Positions 49,607 through 63,480 of a stretch of DNA of 64,000 bases are shown here, piece by piece (position 1 is the stretch's first letter; every line of letters begins with the position of its first letter). Source of the DNA: Eledone cirrhosa (taxonomy: Eukaryota); assembly GCA_964016885.1 (NCBI GenBank), contig OZ024740.1:225494001-225558000 (forward strand). The letters run 5' to 3'. The position numbers and the translations under genes are program-made. The notes under the pieces were generated by a model. The model did no database searches, was not told the origin of the DNA, and worked only from the letters and a program-made list of their open reading frames with translations.

Positions 49607-50613
49607 AGAATTCACAAGAATCAAAGCTATGTTCAAAGCATTTATTCACTTACGATTGTTTCATCCAAACCTAGGCTTGGAATCTTCGGAGCATTTTTCA
49701 ATGTTTGTACACATAATTGACCTCCTTTCCAACGCAAGAGACATACAGATACATATATATATATATATATATTGATGTACAGTGGAGTGGCATATATTAT
49801 ACTATACTATTTTTGTACAGCAATTCAAATTCAAAATCAAAATCAAAATCAAAATTAAAATTAAAATCAAAATCAAAATTAAAATACATTCCGCAGATAA
49901 CACAGATAATGCAAGAGGATAGTTTGATAGTCAGGTCTAGTAGGTAGTGTATGCGTTAGTTACACGTGGAGCATACAAGTGTGTCTCATTTTTATACTAT
50001 TATTGTTTGGCAGGGTGTTACACGTAATGGAAGCATTAAGCAAGATTATTATGGTGTTTGTAATGGTAAGGTATTTTTTGTATAGAACAAAAAATTATGT
50101 GTGCAGAAAAATAAAAATAAAAAGAAGAAGCAAAAGAAATTTATGGTTTTCGTATCCACCATCATTTTCATTCAGAAAATGTAAGATATAGTTTCTACAT
50201 CCATCACATAAATAACGATGATTCCGTATTGAATGTTTGATGCATTAAAATAAATTATTTTAGCGTATTGAGGCTCAGTGTTATTTAATCCAAGTTTATA
50301 GAATAGGTTGATTCTGGTGCGAGAATTTACAGCAGGAAGTATGTGTGTAATAATTTGATAATTTTGATTTTTATTTTAATTTTCATTTTGATTTTGAATT
50401 TGAATTACTGTACAAAAATAGTATAGTATAATATATGCCACTCCCCTGTACATTAATATATATATATGTATCTGTATGTCTCTTGCGTTGGAAAGGAGGT
50501 CAATTATGTGTACAAACATTGAAAAATGCTCTGAAGACATCAAGCTTAGGTTTGGATGAAACAATTGTAAGTGAATAAATGCTTTGAACATAGCTTTGAT
50601 TCTTGTGAATTCT
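49607..50613. repeat. Inverted pair of ~260-bp pLTR-like arms, each with a hammerhead (49647..49693 minus; 50527..50573 plus)
   Basis: TGCT-CTGAAGA-…CAAGCTTAGGTTTGGAT-GAAAC-AATT-GTA-AGTG on plus; the left arm has a CCGAAGA core. Confidence 0.8.
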
Positions 50614-50614
50614 C

Positions 50615-50685
<71 letters not shown>

Positions 50686-50774
50686 TATGTATATATATAT
50701 ATATAATTTGCTTTGGTGTCATTGAAATATGTATAATGAAATAAATATGGTTTTATAAATATAGTTTCCATTTG

Positions 50775-50817
<43 letters not shown>

Positions 50818-51032
50818 TAAAATAACAGTTTAAAGTTTAAGCAAAGAATCGCTGCTTTCACCCTTAACGGGATCTTCTGAAACTCCTGTTGAGGTTGAAA
50901 GCACCGATTCTTTGCTTAGTCTTTAATCTGTTATTTTAATAAATATTTGCTCTACGGTTCTTATATATTTGATATATATTTATCCTTATCGAGCCCTCTT
51001 TAGATTTTGGTCTTCAAATTTATTATTATTAT

Positions 51033-51105
<73 letters not shown>

Positions 51106-51163
51106 CATATTTATATATATATACACACATATATATATATATATATACACATATATATATATA

Positions 51164-52402
51164 TCATCATCATCATCATCATCAACGTTTAACGTCCGTG
51201 TTCCACGCTTGCATGGGTTTGGACGGGGGTTTTCCCACTTGAGGCAAGAGTGATTGTCTTGCTCGCATAGGACTGTCTGGCAGGTTTTCTACAGTTGGAT
51301 GCCCTTCCTAACACCAACCACATTTAAAGTGTGGGGCTGGGAGGTTTTTACCGTGTTGCCTACACGGCCACATTACAGCGTGGACTGTGTGTTTTTTTGT
51401 CGTGACACCTACACGATCTCATTTGTTTCGGCCTGGATGGTGTGGCACCAACATAACTTTACATAGAAGGGGGCGGCGTGGAGGGGGTGGGGGTGGTGGG
51501 ACGGGGGTGTATTTTGTTAGAGATGCCTACTGACTGTAGTAGGTTTTACTTTGTATTTAGGTAAGGCGGGTCTTCTCTATTACTAGTACCGCCAAAGGGC
51601 TCGGTCCAGTAACATTGTCTTGGTGAGGTGTAAGTGTGTGAGGTCGGAGTTTATCAGCTCGTCCCAGGTTTTTCTGGGTCTGCCTATTCCGTGGCTACCG
51701 TCTATCTTTATTGCCCTGCACTTTGTTATACAGCTATCGTCCTTCATGCGCATCATGTGACCATACCAACGTAGCCTTCTCTCTAGTAAACAACATCTGA
51801 TCCCTCTTATTTCTAATTTTTTCCTTAGTTCGTTTATGCTTTGTTGTTCACGTATATTACTATTACACATCCAGCGGAGCATGCAAGCTTCGTTTCTCTC
51901 TAGTCTGCGTATATCCTCTGCAAACAATGCCCATGTCTCACTGCCATGCAACATTTTTAGGGAGAACCCTTTAGCGGCTAATAGTGGTATAAGCTCTCTG
52001 AACTTTTTCCACCCAGTTCTGACTCTAGCTACTGTACTTTTAGAGCACCCTCCCCCACTGCTGATTTTGTCACCCAGGTAACGGAAGCTGTCCACTATTT
52101 CTATAGAACCCTCTGCGTAGTTGAAAGAGCTAGTATGTTGTGGGCACTTGCTGCTAATTATTGCCCCAGAACACCGGCCACATCTAAAATCTATGTTCTT
52201 AGTTAGCTTACCTGTGATCCCACTACATCTTTTATGCACCCAAACTTTGCATTTGGGACACAAAATGGAATTTCTACCTACGCCTTTCCTACACTCTGCA
52301 CATGGCCACTTCCCGGAGGGGACCGCCACCTTATTTTCTTTCTTACAAACTAGAACTTTAGTCTTAGCCAGGTTAATTTTAAGGCCTTTTGATTCTAGGC
52401 CA
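51164..52402 (-). mobile_element. 5'-truncated RTE LINE (PHD, C-terminus, long 3' UTR)
   Basis: closely similar to 27279-28545, with a small in-frame deletion. Confidence 0.92.
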
Positions 52403-52409
52403 TATACAC

Positions 52410-52500
<91 letters not shown>

Positions 52501-52504
52501 AGTT

Positions 52505-52625
52505 GTGAAGGCGTGTGACTGAGTGGTTAGAGAATTGGATTCACAATCGTGAGGTCGTGAGTTCGATTCCCGAACAGGGCGATGCGTTATGTCCTTGAGC
52601 AAGACACTTTATTTCAGGTTGCTCC
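52505..52625 (+). mobile_element. tRNA-head plus CORE-like SINE fragment
   Basis: GAGTGGTTAGAG…GAGTTCGATTCCC…GTCCTTGAGCAAGACACTT. Confidence 0.75.
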
Positions 52626-52773
52626 TTCTACCTGGTGTTGCGACCGATAGATAGTATTAGCAATTGGAAAGACCCATGGAAACATTGTTTCCCCGGTCCG
52701 ATTTAACGAAAGTCGATCGAATGTCGATATTATATATATTCGCTATATATATATATATATATATATATATTCG

Positions 52774-52813
<40 letters not shown>

Positions 52814-53253
52814 GCTATATATATATGTATATATATATATTCGCTATATATATATATTTTATTTTATCGACCCCATAAGGATGAAAGGCAAAGTTAACCT
52901 CGGTGTGATTTGATCTCACAATGGCAAGGGCCGTAACTCTATGCCTCAAAGCATGGCATCCGACCCTCTACCTATACTGCCAATCACAATTATAAGATAA
53001 AGGCTTCCTGATAAGGTGACACTTTCTGTCCTTAGCAATTAATTTCATTTGGGTTGATCCAGTTCACTCAACTGGAAATGAGTATTTACAGCATAAGCAG
53101 TGGGAGATTAGCACTGTTTGGGAGAACTGTCTCATCAGGAAGCAAATCTAATACTCACAGTCATTTAGAAATGCCCATGTAATCAACTATAACCTCTGAG
53201 CTTCATTGAAACCAATCAACTGCAGGAAAATAGATGTAAAACAATAAGTTTAA

Positions 53254-53425
53254 CCCTTTAACATTTACATTATATCTGACATAATATCGAATCTATGAGA
53301 TTTTGATATTATTTATTTTGAGAACAAAGCCTTAACATCCATATGAATAGGAAAGTTATGGTTGGTTTGAACAGAAAGGGGTGAAAGAATTCTAGCTGGA
53401 TATGTTCGGTTTAAATGCTAAAGGG
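53254..53425. mobile_element. piggyBac-type MITE
   Basis: TTAA|CCCTTTAACATTTA…TAAATGCTAAAGGG|TTAA. Confidence 0.75.
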
Positions 53426-53431
53426 TTAAGG

Positions 53432-53633
53432 TATGAAGTTTGGCTGAAAAATTCATAGGCTGATCAAGATACTCTCATGGAATGACTAAATGAGGTTTAT
53501 TTTTCAACATAATCCCTGGAAAGAAACAATGCAGTTATTAATAAGAAGAATTGGAATTAATGAAAGCAACATATCCCAGCCATAGCATCAATTCTTCATA
53601 GTCAGCCTTTGAACTCTTCAGCCAACCCTTGTA
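53432..53633. mobile_element. Tc1/mariner-type MITE
   Basis: TA…TTGGCTGAAAAATTCATAGGCTGA / TCAGCCTTTGAACTCTTCAGCCAA…TA terminal inverted repeats. Confidence 0.65.
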
Positions 53634-56600
53634 TATTGTTGTTGCTCTACAGAAGTAACAACAGTTGTGGTTGTTGCTATCTTTGTCATCATTGTCTTCG
53701 TTATCATCATGACCATATAAACTGTTGAGATATCTGTCAAGAATTCACTGAGTCAACACTCAGGCAGGAGACTGAGATTTTGTTTTTCAGAATTATATTT
53801 TAATTGTTGTTATTTTTATTAAATAAGTTGATTTGGAGAAATACATGATAACATTTCAATCTAGGCCATAGTTTTTATCTCCCTACATTTCTTTCTGTGT
53901 TGAATTTCTGTGACTGTTGTCTTCAGGAATACTTGACATCTGGCCATTTGCCATGCTGTGATTAGGTGTGGTTAGGAATTTTTCCAATGTAAAGTCATTT
54001 CACAGACTCTTTCAAATATCTTTACTTAATCCTGAAACAACATTTCACTGAAAACAAAATGAAAACATTGAAACATAGTCTGACTTTGATCGTACAAGAA
54101 ATAAACGATAAATTAACTGACTAAAAATAAATACATACATTTAATATCATTTAAAAAATAACGTTTTTAATTATTTAAAAAGAAAATGAGAACTGTCCAA
54201 CTAATATTTTCTCTCTTACAACAAATATCCAATGGGAAATAACTTTATATAGGTTTTGTTTGTCTAAAATGCAATATGTATTACTAGTTGCTTTATTAAG
54301 CTTTTCTAAAATTTTAATATTCTCCTAACTGAATCATTAGTCTAGACTCTTGCAATATTGTAGAATTTGCTTTATTCCCACAATGATCAAATGCTAAATA
54401 ATTTACAGAAAAAGAAAGCAGCTTTGGAAAAGACCATAAATTAGAGGAAAGGGTGAGGGGGAGTGCAAGGACTACTAGAACAAAGGAAGAAAGAAAGGAG
54501 GAAAGGGAGACGGTGACAAACTCTACACCTAGGTCAGGGCGGTGTTTCAGCTGCACCTCATGGACGAAATGTCAAAGACATTTCCGCAGACAATGGTCAG
54601 TGACACGCTGAAATAGCCACCCAACCTCACAGCGCTGCTTCCTCCGATGGGCTGCTATCAATCCTATTTTATGGAGGAGGTCAGCTGTCCAGAGTTGAAA
54701 TTTCAATGGTAACCGGTACAAAGAGGAAGTGGCCAGACAAGATCTGGTATTTGCTTGTTTTCCTGTCTTCTGCATTGTAAGCCGGTGTTTGTGGCTGCAG
54801 CAACTAAGCTGGTTGCAGAGAACATGTCACAGCATGTCGAATATGAACTAATTTAGCTACACATATCACTTCAAATATCATCAGAATTATCATCACTCAC
54901 ATGACAGTAGCAGTGTCCTAATATCCATTTTTCATGTTGATGTAAGTTAAATGGATTTGCCATATATTTTAGTGTGAATTAACATGCTTAATATAATAAG
55001 CTCAAATAGAATTAAAGTGTTCACTCCAACATAGCTGCATTTATACAGCTATGTTGGAGCAAACACCTTAATTCTATTTCTTGTTCAGGATCAGCCAACG
55101 CACAGCTCTGTATGCAAATAAGGCTAATCAGCCCATATGCATAAGCATTATAACTATATGTTTGTATCTATTTGAGTACCAGCAAAAAAGTGAGATAAAG
55201 GGTAAGTGCGTTACCTTGACAATGGCCAGATAACCCAGAAACTGCTGTTGGTAACTTTCCCTTGCTTCTGCTGGAACTCAGTAGATGGCATCTGCCATAA
55301 CCTTTGAAAATCATAACTAAAGGCTTTCAAATGTTAATTTATAAACATATTGTATATTATTTGATATACAAACTTTACATTCTAAGCTCAAATAGTTTTA
55401 TTCTATTGAAATTACAAATTCCTTATTAATCATAATAATAGTGATTGTCAAAAAATTCAAGGGAGAGAAGTTCAATTTTTAAAATCCAATATATAAACAT
55501 ACATCATGTACCTATTCATCTGTTTACTTATTTGACTGAGCATAACTTTTTATAAAAGCTCATTCTTTCATTCTTGCTATATATCTCTCCTTCATTCTTA
55601 TTCTTATAACAGTATTAACAACTCCTCTCCTCCTCTGGACTGCTGTTGTGCCGATAGAGAAAGAGTGTGAGTAAGCAAAAGAAGAGTAGTTGTTAGTATA
55701 GTCATTTTGTTTTGAACTGTTTCCATTTTTACGTTTGAAAAGAGAGTATTATACCTGAAATATTATATTGAAATATACTGGGCAAAAACATTACTTTGTT
55801 TTGTTTCATTTGTCATCCTTTGCCCTTTATATATTTCTACCCCATTGTACCAGCTTTCTGAAACTTATCAGTTACTTATTACATATCTCACAATGCATCA
55901 TATTAGCTACTTTTTTGTTTTATTGTTTTCTGTCCTGGATACACTATTATAATAGCATGCAGTAATTTCCCCAATTGTTGTAGTTATGAAACTGGAAAAA
56001 GAAGGAAAAGGCAAGGGCTCTAGTGTCACAGAAAAAGTGGGGAGAGGGAAGGGTGGGGGTGATGGGCTCTGGGCCTAGGGCACGGCGGTATTATGCTGCA
56101 CCCCATGAAAAAGACTGCAAGAGCATTCCTGCAGGCAATGGCCAGCAACACCTACTGCAACAGCCGCCCCCCCCCCCCCCCCCCCCCCCCCTTGCAAGGC
56201 TCCTTCCTCAGACAGGCCGCTGACATTATGTGGAAATTTTAATTTTAAGAGAAGAATTGAATTTTACTAAATCATTTTTCAACATTATCATTGGTTTTGA
56301 TAAAAATAATATTTCTTGAACACTATCGAACCTTTGCAAGCAAGGAAAGTGGATGTTAAAATGATGATGATGATAATGAATGGAACATTAATGCAAATGA
56401 ACTTATATTAAACTTATCTAAAACACTGTCTATGGAATACCGAGTTGTGTTGGAGCAGCTGTTAAGATTACTACTTGCTTATAGCATATTTAGAGCCTAG
56501 GGCCAAAATACTGACTATGTGTACTTCAATCTTTGTATTCCTTAGGCAAAGAATGTAAGTATTTCATTGATCACATTGATTTGGTAAGTAAATCAATCAC

Positions 56601-57099
56601 TTTATATCAGATGTATTTTATTTTGGAGTTTTAGTTAGATGGCTTATAGCCTCAAGGTTTAACAATATCAGAATAAAAGTTTAGTAACATTCCTATATAC
56701 ATCCAGATGAAGGTCTCTTTAAAAATAAACTATCTCCCCTAATTTTATCATGTGGACAATAAGAAGTATGAGATAAAATTAATTTATCTAATAAAATTCA
56801 TATATGAAACACAATTTGGAATGAATTAGGACCTTTTTCATCATGATTTAAGAATAAATAAATGATATGATCAAGTTAGAAGAAATGACTAGATATCTCA
56901 AATAACAGATCGGATAATGAAGTCTGAGGAAATATTTCCAAACATGTTTTCCATAATAGTAATAAGATGAAGAGAATTCAATGTAACTTGACATTTTTGT
57001 TGTTGACCTAGAGAAAGCTTCTGGATGGAACAGTTTAAGCATTAAATGGAGTGGTGATTGAATCACTCATGACTTATACGCAATGAGTAGAGAGACAGA

Positions 57100-57310
57100 T
57101 CGTGTTTGGTGAGCCAGACTAAGGCTCATTTGTAGTATAATGGATTGCCTCCAGGCTGCCAGGAAAACGTCTGAGGGGGCAATCCCGAACAACATGCAGC
57201 ACTGTCTGGTCAGGCTCCCCACAGTCACCTCCTGGGCTGTCTTTCATTTTCCATTGATGGCGATGATGGGCTGTCATGGCATAAGTTGTGCAGATCTGAT
57301 TATGGGACAC
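57100..57310 (-). mobile_element. LINE C-terminal zinc-finger fragment (clade uncertain)
   Basis: HQWKMKDSP..DCGEPDQTVLHVVRDCPLRRF. Confidence 0.6.
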
Positions 57311-57505
57311 CCATATATATGAGGACTATTATGTTATATTGGAAGGACTAAAATATTTTCCAGATTACGAATTAGCACAGTGGAAGCTTTAAGGTACAGC
57401 TGAGTTTCTACTAAAGTTCTGTCTTAGAAAATATTTTATTCCTTCTAGTCCTGTTCGAAAATAATTCATTACCAGGAGGTAATGGCTTAGTGGTTAGAGC
57501 ATTGG

Positions 57506-57853
57506 ATGGAGGCACATGGCTTAGTGGTTAGAGCATTGGCCTTGCAATCGAAAGGTTGTGAGTTCAATTCTCAGACCGGGTGATGTGTTGTTTCCTTGAG
57601 CAAGACACTTTATTTCACATTGCTCCAGTTTACTCAGCTGTAGAAATGAGATGATAGGGACTCGGGTCCCTATCATTCCACTGCAAAGTGGACGTGTAGG
57701 TGCCACGGCAAAAAAGCACCCAGCACTCACTGTAAATGAGGTTGGTGTTAGGAAGGGCATCCAGCTGTAGAAATCAAGCCAGAATCAGTTCCCGTCCCAC
57801 CCTTGCAAGCAGGGAAAAGTGGACGTAAAATGAAATGATGATGATGATGATGA
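57506..57853 (+). mobile_element. SINE family B, full head, with a short duplicated 5' head upstream
   Basis: near-identical to 5239-5510, then an RTE tail CCTTGCAAGCAGGGAAAAGTGGACGTAAAA(TGA)n. Confidence 0.88.
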
Positions 57854-59439
57854 TATATGTAAGCCATGAACTTGAGTTACAGAAAAAGAGAAAGAAAAAC
57901 AAATAAAAGTAAATAATCAAAACTCTGAAAGTAAAAATAGCAAATACTATATATGGTGTTAGTAGAAGCCATTGGTAGAACAGAGATTAATACACTCAGT
58001 ATAGTGGAAGGAGGAAGAAGGAATTCTAGATTGTGTTGTCAATAAAATCAATCACTGCACAAATGTGTTATATCACCAATAAACTGACAGAGAATAGGAA
58101 ATTATGAGGTACCAGATGCACTGACATGAATAAATGCATAAGCAATATAAGCTTGCAAAAGAAGTGCAATGTCCTGTCCTGTTGGCTCATGAGATGTTTA
58201 GATAAATTATGTTACTTAGGTGATATTATTGGCTATGAAGATAGAAAAAGTGATAGCATTGTAGCTAATATTTGAGGTAGATGGGATGAGTCAGACATTT
58301 CTACTGTGAGCAACAAATGAATTATCTTTATACAAAAGGCAGATTTTGTGAGAGGTGTGTCAAAATAGATGATGATGTATTGAAGTGAAACATTTTGTAA
58401 CTGTAAGAAAATTTGCAAGATCATCCATAAGCTTGTCTGGTCTTGCTTAGGGATCCAGCCAGATCAGTTGGAAATGGTTGCTTCTGACAGGACCAACTGG
58501 AAGGAAAGTTTCGGGACTCTGCCCCCATGACCCTCTCAGAAATAAGTGGGCAATGAAGAAGATGAAGAGGGTGACTGTGGCAGTGGTGGTGGTGGTTGAG
58601 GTGCTTTGAAAGAACTAAAAAGGTTCAGAATATTTAAGATTTATTTGATAAGCCATATAAATATAAGAGACAAATTGAGTGAGAGTTGTGAAAGATATTA
58701 AACTTTGAAGATAACAATCAATGGATGTAAGAATTATATGTATGTTGATGGAGTTATGTAATAATGCTGATGTTATTGTTTAAATCTGAATCGACCTTGA
58801 TGAAAGCCAAAACTGTTTGGGGAGGGGAAAGTAGATTAAATCAACCCCTGTGCTTTATTTTATCAAACCTGTGAGGATGAAAAGCAAAGCTAATCTCAGC
58901 AATATATGAACTCAGAATGAAAGGGCCATAACTATGCTGCAAAGTATGTTGTCCATACTGCCAAAGGTTACCAAGGGTTTCCAAGCTATAACCATCCCAA
59001 TTTTATCATTTCTTTGAAATATATTACGGACTACATTACCAATATATGTTCTTTTTTTAAGACAGTAGAGTAGTTATTCCTAACCTTTGGACCACAAACT
59101 CTTGAGGGTCTGTGAATGTAGTACTGGGGATCAATGAGCTTATTGCACAGACCTTTAAAAACCTGAGATCCAGGGGAAAATTCATTTAGCTATGAGGTGT
59201 ATTTAGTAGTGCAATGACTAAAAACCACTGGAGTAGTGTGTATTAAGGAAGATTTGATTACTATTTATAGCAGGTTCTGCAAATATGTGTGATCTTTGTA
59301 AACGAAAATAAGATTTAAAAAGTAAATGGCAAATTCTTCACTAGAACATTAAAAAACTAAATGCACTCAAAGACAGCGCTGGGCAAAAATGCCTCAGAGG
59401 ACAGAGACCAGAGGCCAGTGGTCAATCCACAAGGCAGGG

Positions 59440-60035
59440 TGACAGGCACCTCCCAAAACTCGTCTTACTTTCCCCTACACCTACCTCTCCGGCGACATAT
59501 CCTCCTTTGTTACTGCATCCTCTCTTCTGATCCCATCACTTCTCGCTTTTTTCTAAACCTACCTATCACCGCCTTTAAGAATGCCTGTAACTTCCATGAC
59601 CTCCTGATACATAGTTCCTTCCCTCCCTCTCCTAGAACTCTGCCCATCTCACATCCCTGTTCTCATCCCTGCTGTAACACCTGACCCTTCATTTCTAACC
59701 TCACCACTCTCACAGGCACTAATGGTTCATTCTACACTTCTTCACCTGCACATTTACCCACGTTGTCTAAACCTTCCGGTGTTCCCATTGTGGGTCCTTA
59801 TTCATTGGACAAAAAGACTGCCGTTTTTCAGGCCATTTTGCGAAACATTTGAGGGACATACAACTCAGTATGGATACTCCCATCTCTCACCATTTCTCTT
59901 CCCCAGGAGACTCTTTGATACATGTTTCGGTCCTTGATGTCATTTTACATCATGCACCAAGGCTGAGCAGAGTCTGATTTTCTGCCTTCAGTCCAGTTTA
60001 TCCAATGGACTCAACTCACCTCCCCAATTTCTTTA
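59440..60035 (+). mobile_element. Degraded Penelope-like (Neptune/Poseidon-type) C-terminal fragment
   Basis: …ILSSDPITSRFF..PITAFK…DLLIHSS…CSHPCCNT…FTC…IGQ…EQSLIF…NGLN across frameshifts. Confidence 0.65.
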
Positions 60036-60341
60036 ATCTTACACAAATTTGCTCGTGCTTGCTTCTCTACCCCTCTGCCACTGTCACCTTTACCTCGTCA
60101 TATACATTCACCCACTAGGTTCTTCTGGCTCTGTTATGGTCAGAAACACTTTTATAGCTTATAGAGACCAACAAAAACCTACACACATACCTCAGTATTA
60201 ACCTTCACTGTTCTGTAAAGACTAACATACGTACACCGTTATATACACGCACATTTGCTCACAGCTTCGTACTAATAAACACACACACATTCTTATACTT
60301 ACATATACGCATGCATTTCCTCTTAGCTTCATATGGACATA

Positions 60342-60346
<5 letters not shown>

Positions 60347-60422
<76 letters not shown>
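60347..60422. repeat. (CA)n microsatellite
   Basis: direct reading. Confidence 0.98.
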
Positions 60423-60424
<2 letters not shown>

Positions 60425-60986
60425 GCACACTTATAGCTCTCAAACCAGCAAAATGGTTTCGGACAATTTAATTAAGAGTACTATTTTAAAATGGTGGATC
60501 GGGCAAAAGAAAAAAAAATCTGGTTTGATGTGTGTGTGTGAAAAAACAAGCAGTTCAGATAGATGGATAAAAAAAAAAAATAGTGGGTTAGTGAACCTCA
60601 AACTGTGGTGTGATTCAGCATGTCAATCTTTTCTATATTTCATCTGCCTGCCACCCACTTTTGGATTGTCTCTCTTTTGACCACTGACTGCTGGTCTCTC
60701 AACTCTGAGGAATTTTTGCCCATCGTTGTCTTTGACAGCATTTAGTTGTATTATTGTCTGTTATATTAATAAGTTTTCTCATTTTCATATGTATGCAAAT
60801 ACTCTCTCGCTTTGTCTCCATCAGAGACAACTTTGTTTTTTTATATATATATATATAGAAAAAGAGGCAGGACCCCGATGGCTGAGCTCCGGCTGTTTCG
60901 ACACTCCTATTACCCATTCTACTACCCTAAGTATTGAGTACTGTGGTGCATTATGGTCCACCAGGTATCTTACCACACTATCTTTG

Positions 60987-61045
<59 letters not shown>

Positions 61046-61053
61046 AAAAGGTT

Positions 61054-61095
<42 letters not shown>

Positions 61096-61099
61096 TATA

Positions 61100-62297
61100 T
61101 AGGAAAAGGTTTAACCCCGATGGCAGAGCTCAAGCCGTTTCGACGGCTATTTCTGGACTAAATTAGAATTTTTAGCGTGGTAATAAATAGCCTAACTTTT
61201 CTAGGGGTAATTGGGGCTTGAGCGCGAGGTAAGTCCTACGAAATTGGTGTTTACATGCAGGTACAATTTCGTCTTTTTTCTTTAGGAGTTGGTCCTTCGT
61301 AAACAACATTTGTAATGTTTCCTCCGAGCATAAGTTACATGGATGTCGTTCTCCCGTGTAGGAGTTAGCCCTGGACAGTAAGCTCCAAGTAAGATTGTAT
61401 GTTATGGAGGTCCCAGATATGGTCCGAAAGTGTAGTGGCATGTTGCCGGGCTGGGTTTCGGAATGTATGTCGGTGTTGGTAGAGCCGGGTCTTAAAGTCA
61501 CAAGCAATTAATCCTATATAGGCTTTGTTTGAGGTTTCCGTCCTCATGTTGCATTGGTAGATGACGTTACGTTCTCGGCATCTGTTGTTGAGAGGGCACG
61601 AAGATCTATCAGGGCAGTTACATCTCCTGGTCAGCTCTCCACTAATATCCAGGTTGTTTCTTCCACAGGGATCGAGTTTCTTGTTTGAGGAGGCGATGTT
61701 TTGTGCGAAGTTGGGTTTGGTGCTGTAGGAGAGTTTGATAGTGTTTTTGTTGATTATGTTGTGTGGGAAGTGTTTATCGAGGAGCCTAAAGAAGATTTTC
61801 CCGATTGGTGTTGCCACCTCGGCATTGTGGGGAGGTTTGAATTACGTTACGTGGCGTGAGCGGTGGCGTCGCCTGTTGGTTCCACTAAGGGAAGCTGGAT
61901 AAAAGGAGATTTCCTCCCGAAAGCCGCTTCGCTTGGGGGCCTGGTTGTAATGAGACGCATGTTCATAATCTATTCTCTAACATCCCACTCTCTAATTCCT
62001 CCAGAATCCTTTTTCGCCTGCTTCCTAACTAGCCTAATTTCATACACACTCCTTAGAATTTGCTGTATAGAATTCACTTTCAACGCTTGACCGGCTCCAC
62101 TCACTCCCTCATTGTTATACAGGCAAGTTCGGCCACCCCCACCTACAACCCGCTGCCATGAAAGATTTAATTGTGTTTACAAGAAATTTTGACCAATACT
62201 TTTGACAACTACAATCTTCCCATATAAGGAATTACCCTTTGCAAAGTTCGGGTATTTATTACCCCGCTAAAAATTCTAATTTAGTCCAGAAATAGCC
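61100..62297 (-). mobile_element. Second Naiad-type Penelope fragment (GIY-YIG) with an inverted pLTR segment
   Basis: CNCPDRSSCPLNNRC…NVIYQC…AYIGL…FKTRLYQH…CNLCSEE; 62240-62297 is an inverted copy of 61145-61200. Confidence 0.85.
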
Positions 62298-63059
62298 TCT
62301 ACCGATACTGTCAATTCACCAAAGATAATGATGATCATGAGGATGAAAAGCAAATTTAAATTCATCAGAATTTGAACTTAAACAGAAAAAATAAGTGCTA
62401 CAAAGCAACTTATCCATCATTCTACCATCTCTTTGAAACTATATTTAAGATTTTCGAATAGTAACAACATCACAACAGCGTATATGTGAGTATTGAATAA
62501 CCAATATGCCTCTACCATGTTACGAATTGGAAAACATATCTATTCTTAGTAAAAAATTAAGCTCTGGTGGACAATGTTCCATCTAAATGGATGTATTGTT
62601 GTTTTCGAGCTTGTTAAATTGCAGCAAGTGTAATTAAGTAAGTTGTTCAACTGCATAATGTAATGCCTGCAGTGAAAATATTACTGAAATGATAATTATC
62701 TTCTTATGTAAAATTATGATACTTTTATATTTTATTCAATAATGTGATAAAGTTACAGTCACTGGGGAACCATACTGTATGATTAACAGTGATTTAGTCT
62801 TCTGATGAAATTGCATGAAGCTTAGTGGTTAAGATGTTGGTCTCATGTTTGAATGATCATAGATTCAATGGCTGGATTGGGTAGTATCTTTAAACAAGAG
62901 CAACACACTTCATTTTACATTGCTCTAGTCCATTCAGCTGAGCTATTTCTATCAAATGGCAATTAATACTTAACAAAACTGGGGTAAGCTCTAAACTGAT
63001 GAGCACCTAGGTTCACGAAAATCTTTAATTTTAAAATCTAGGTTTAACCTAAAATCTTG

Positions 63060-63480
63060 GATAATAACTGAAAGAATACCACTGCAAATACAAGTAGCTG
63101 AAACAGGGTTCCTCCATAGGGTCTTTAATTTAACATTATTCAATAGAGTGCATAGCTTGGAGATCAGAGAGTTGCTCCAGGTAGATCTGATACTTCTCTG
63201 AATTGAGAGATCACAGCTCCAATATTATGGGCATGTGGTTAGAATGTCTCAGAAAAGAATTGCTGAACAGATTTTATGGTCAAAAGCAACTGGCAGGAGA
63301 CCCAGGAGTAAAACCCAAGCAAAACGCCTAGATAACGTCCATGAGCTCAGTTGGTTTTGCTTGGGGATCCAGCTGGATCAGTTTGAAATGGTTGCCTCTG
63401 ACAAGATCCGATGGTTGAAGTGTTTTGGGACTCTGGCCCCTCTTAGGAATAAGTGGGCAAAGAAGAAGGAATGTGATGCA
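63060..63480 (+). mobile_element. Old RTE-like 3' fragment
   Basis: …IERSQLQYYGHVVRMSQKRIAEQILW..TGRRPR…; related 3' piece at 58430-58570. Confidence 0.7.

Noticed and set aside
59065-59231. Possible hAT/Charlie-type MITE
   Set aside because: Left terminus too degraded and no TSD identifiable
60860-61150. GTC-GAAAC…ATCGGGG motifs at PLE ends; partial cores at about 40390, 50940-51025 and 62995
   Set aside because: Only half of the hammerhead core can be found, or the stems do not pair
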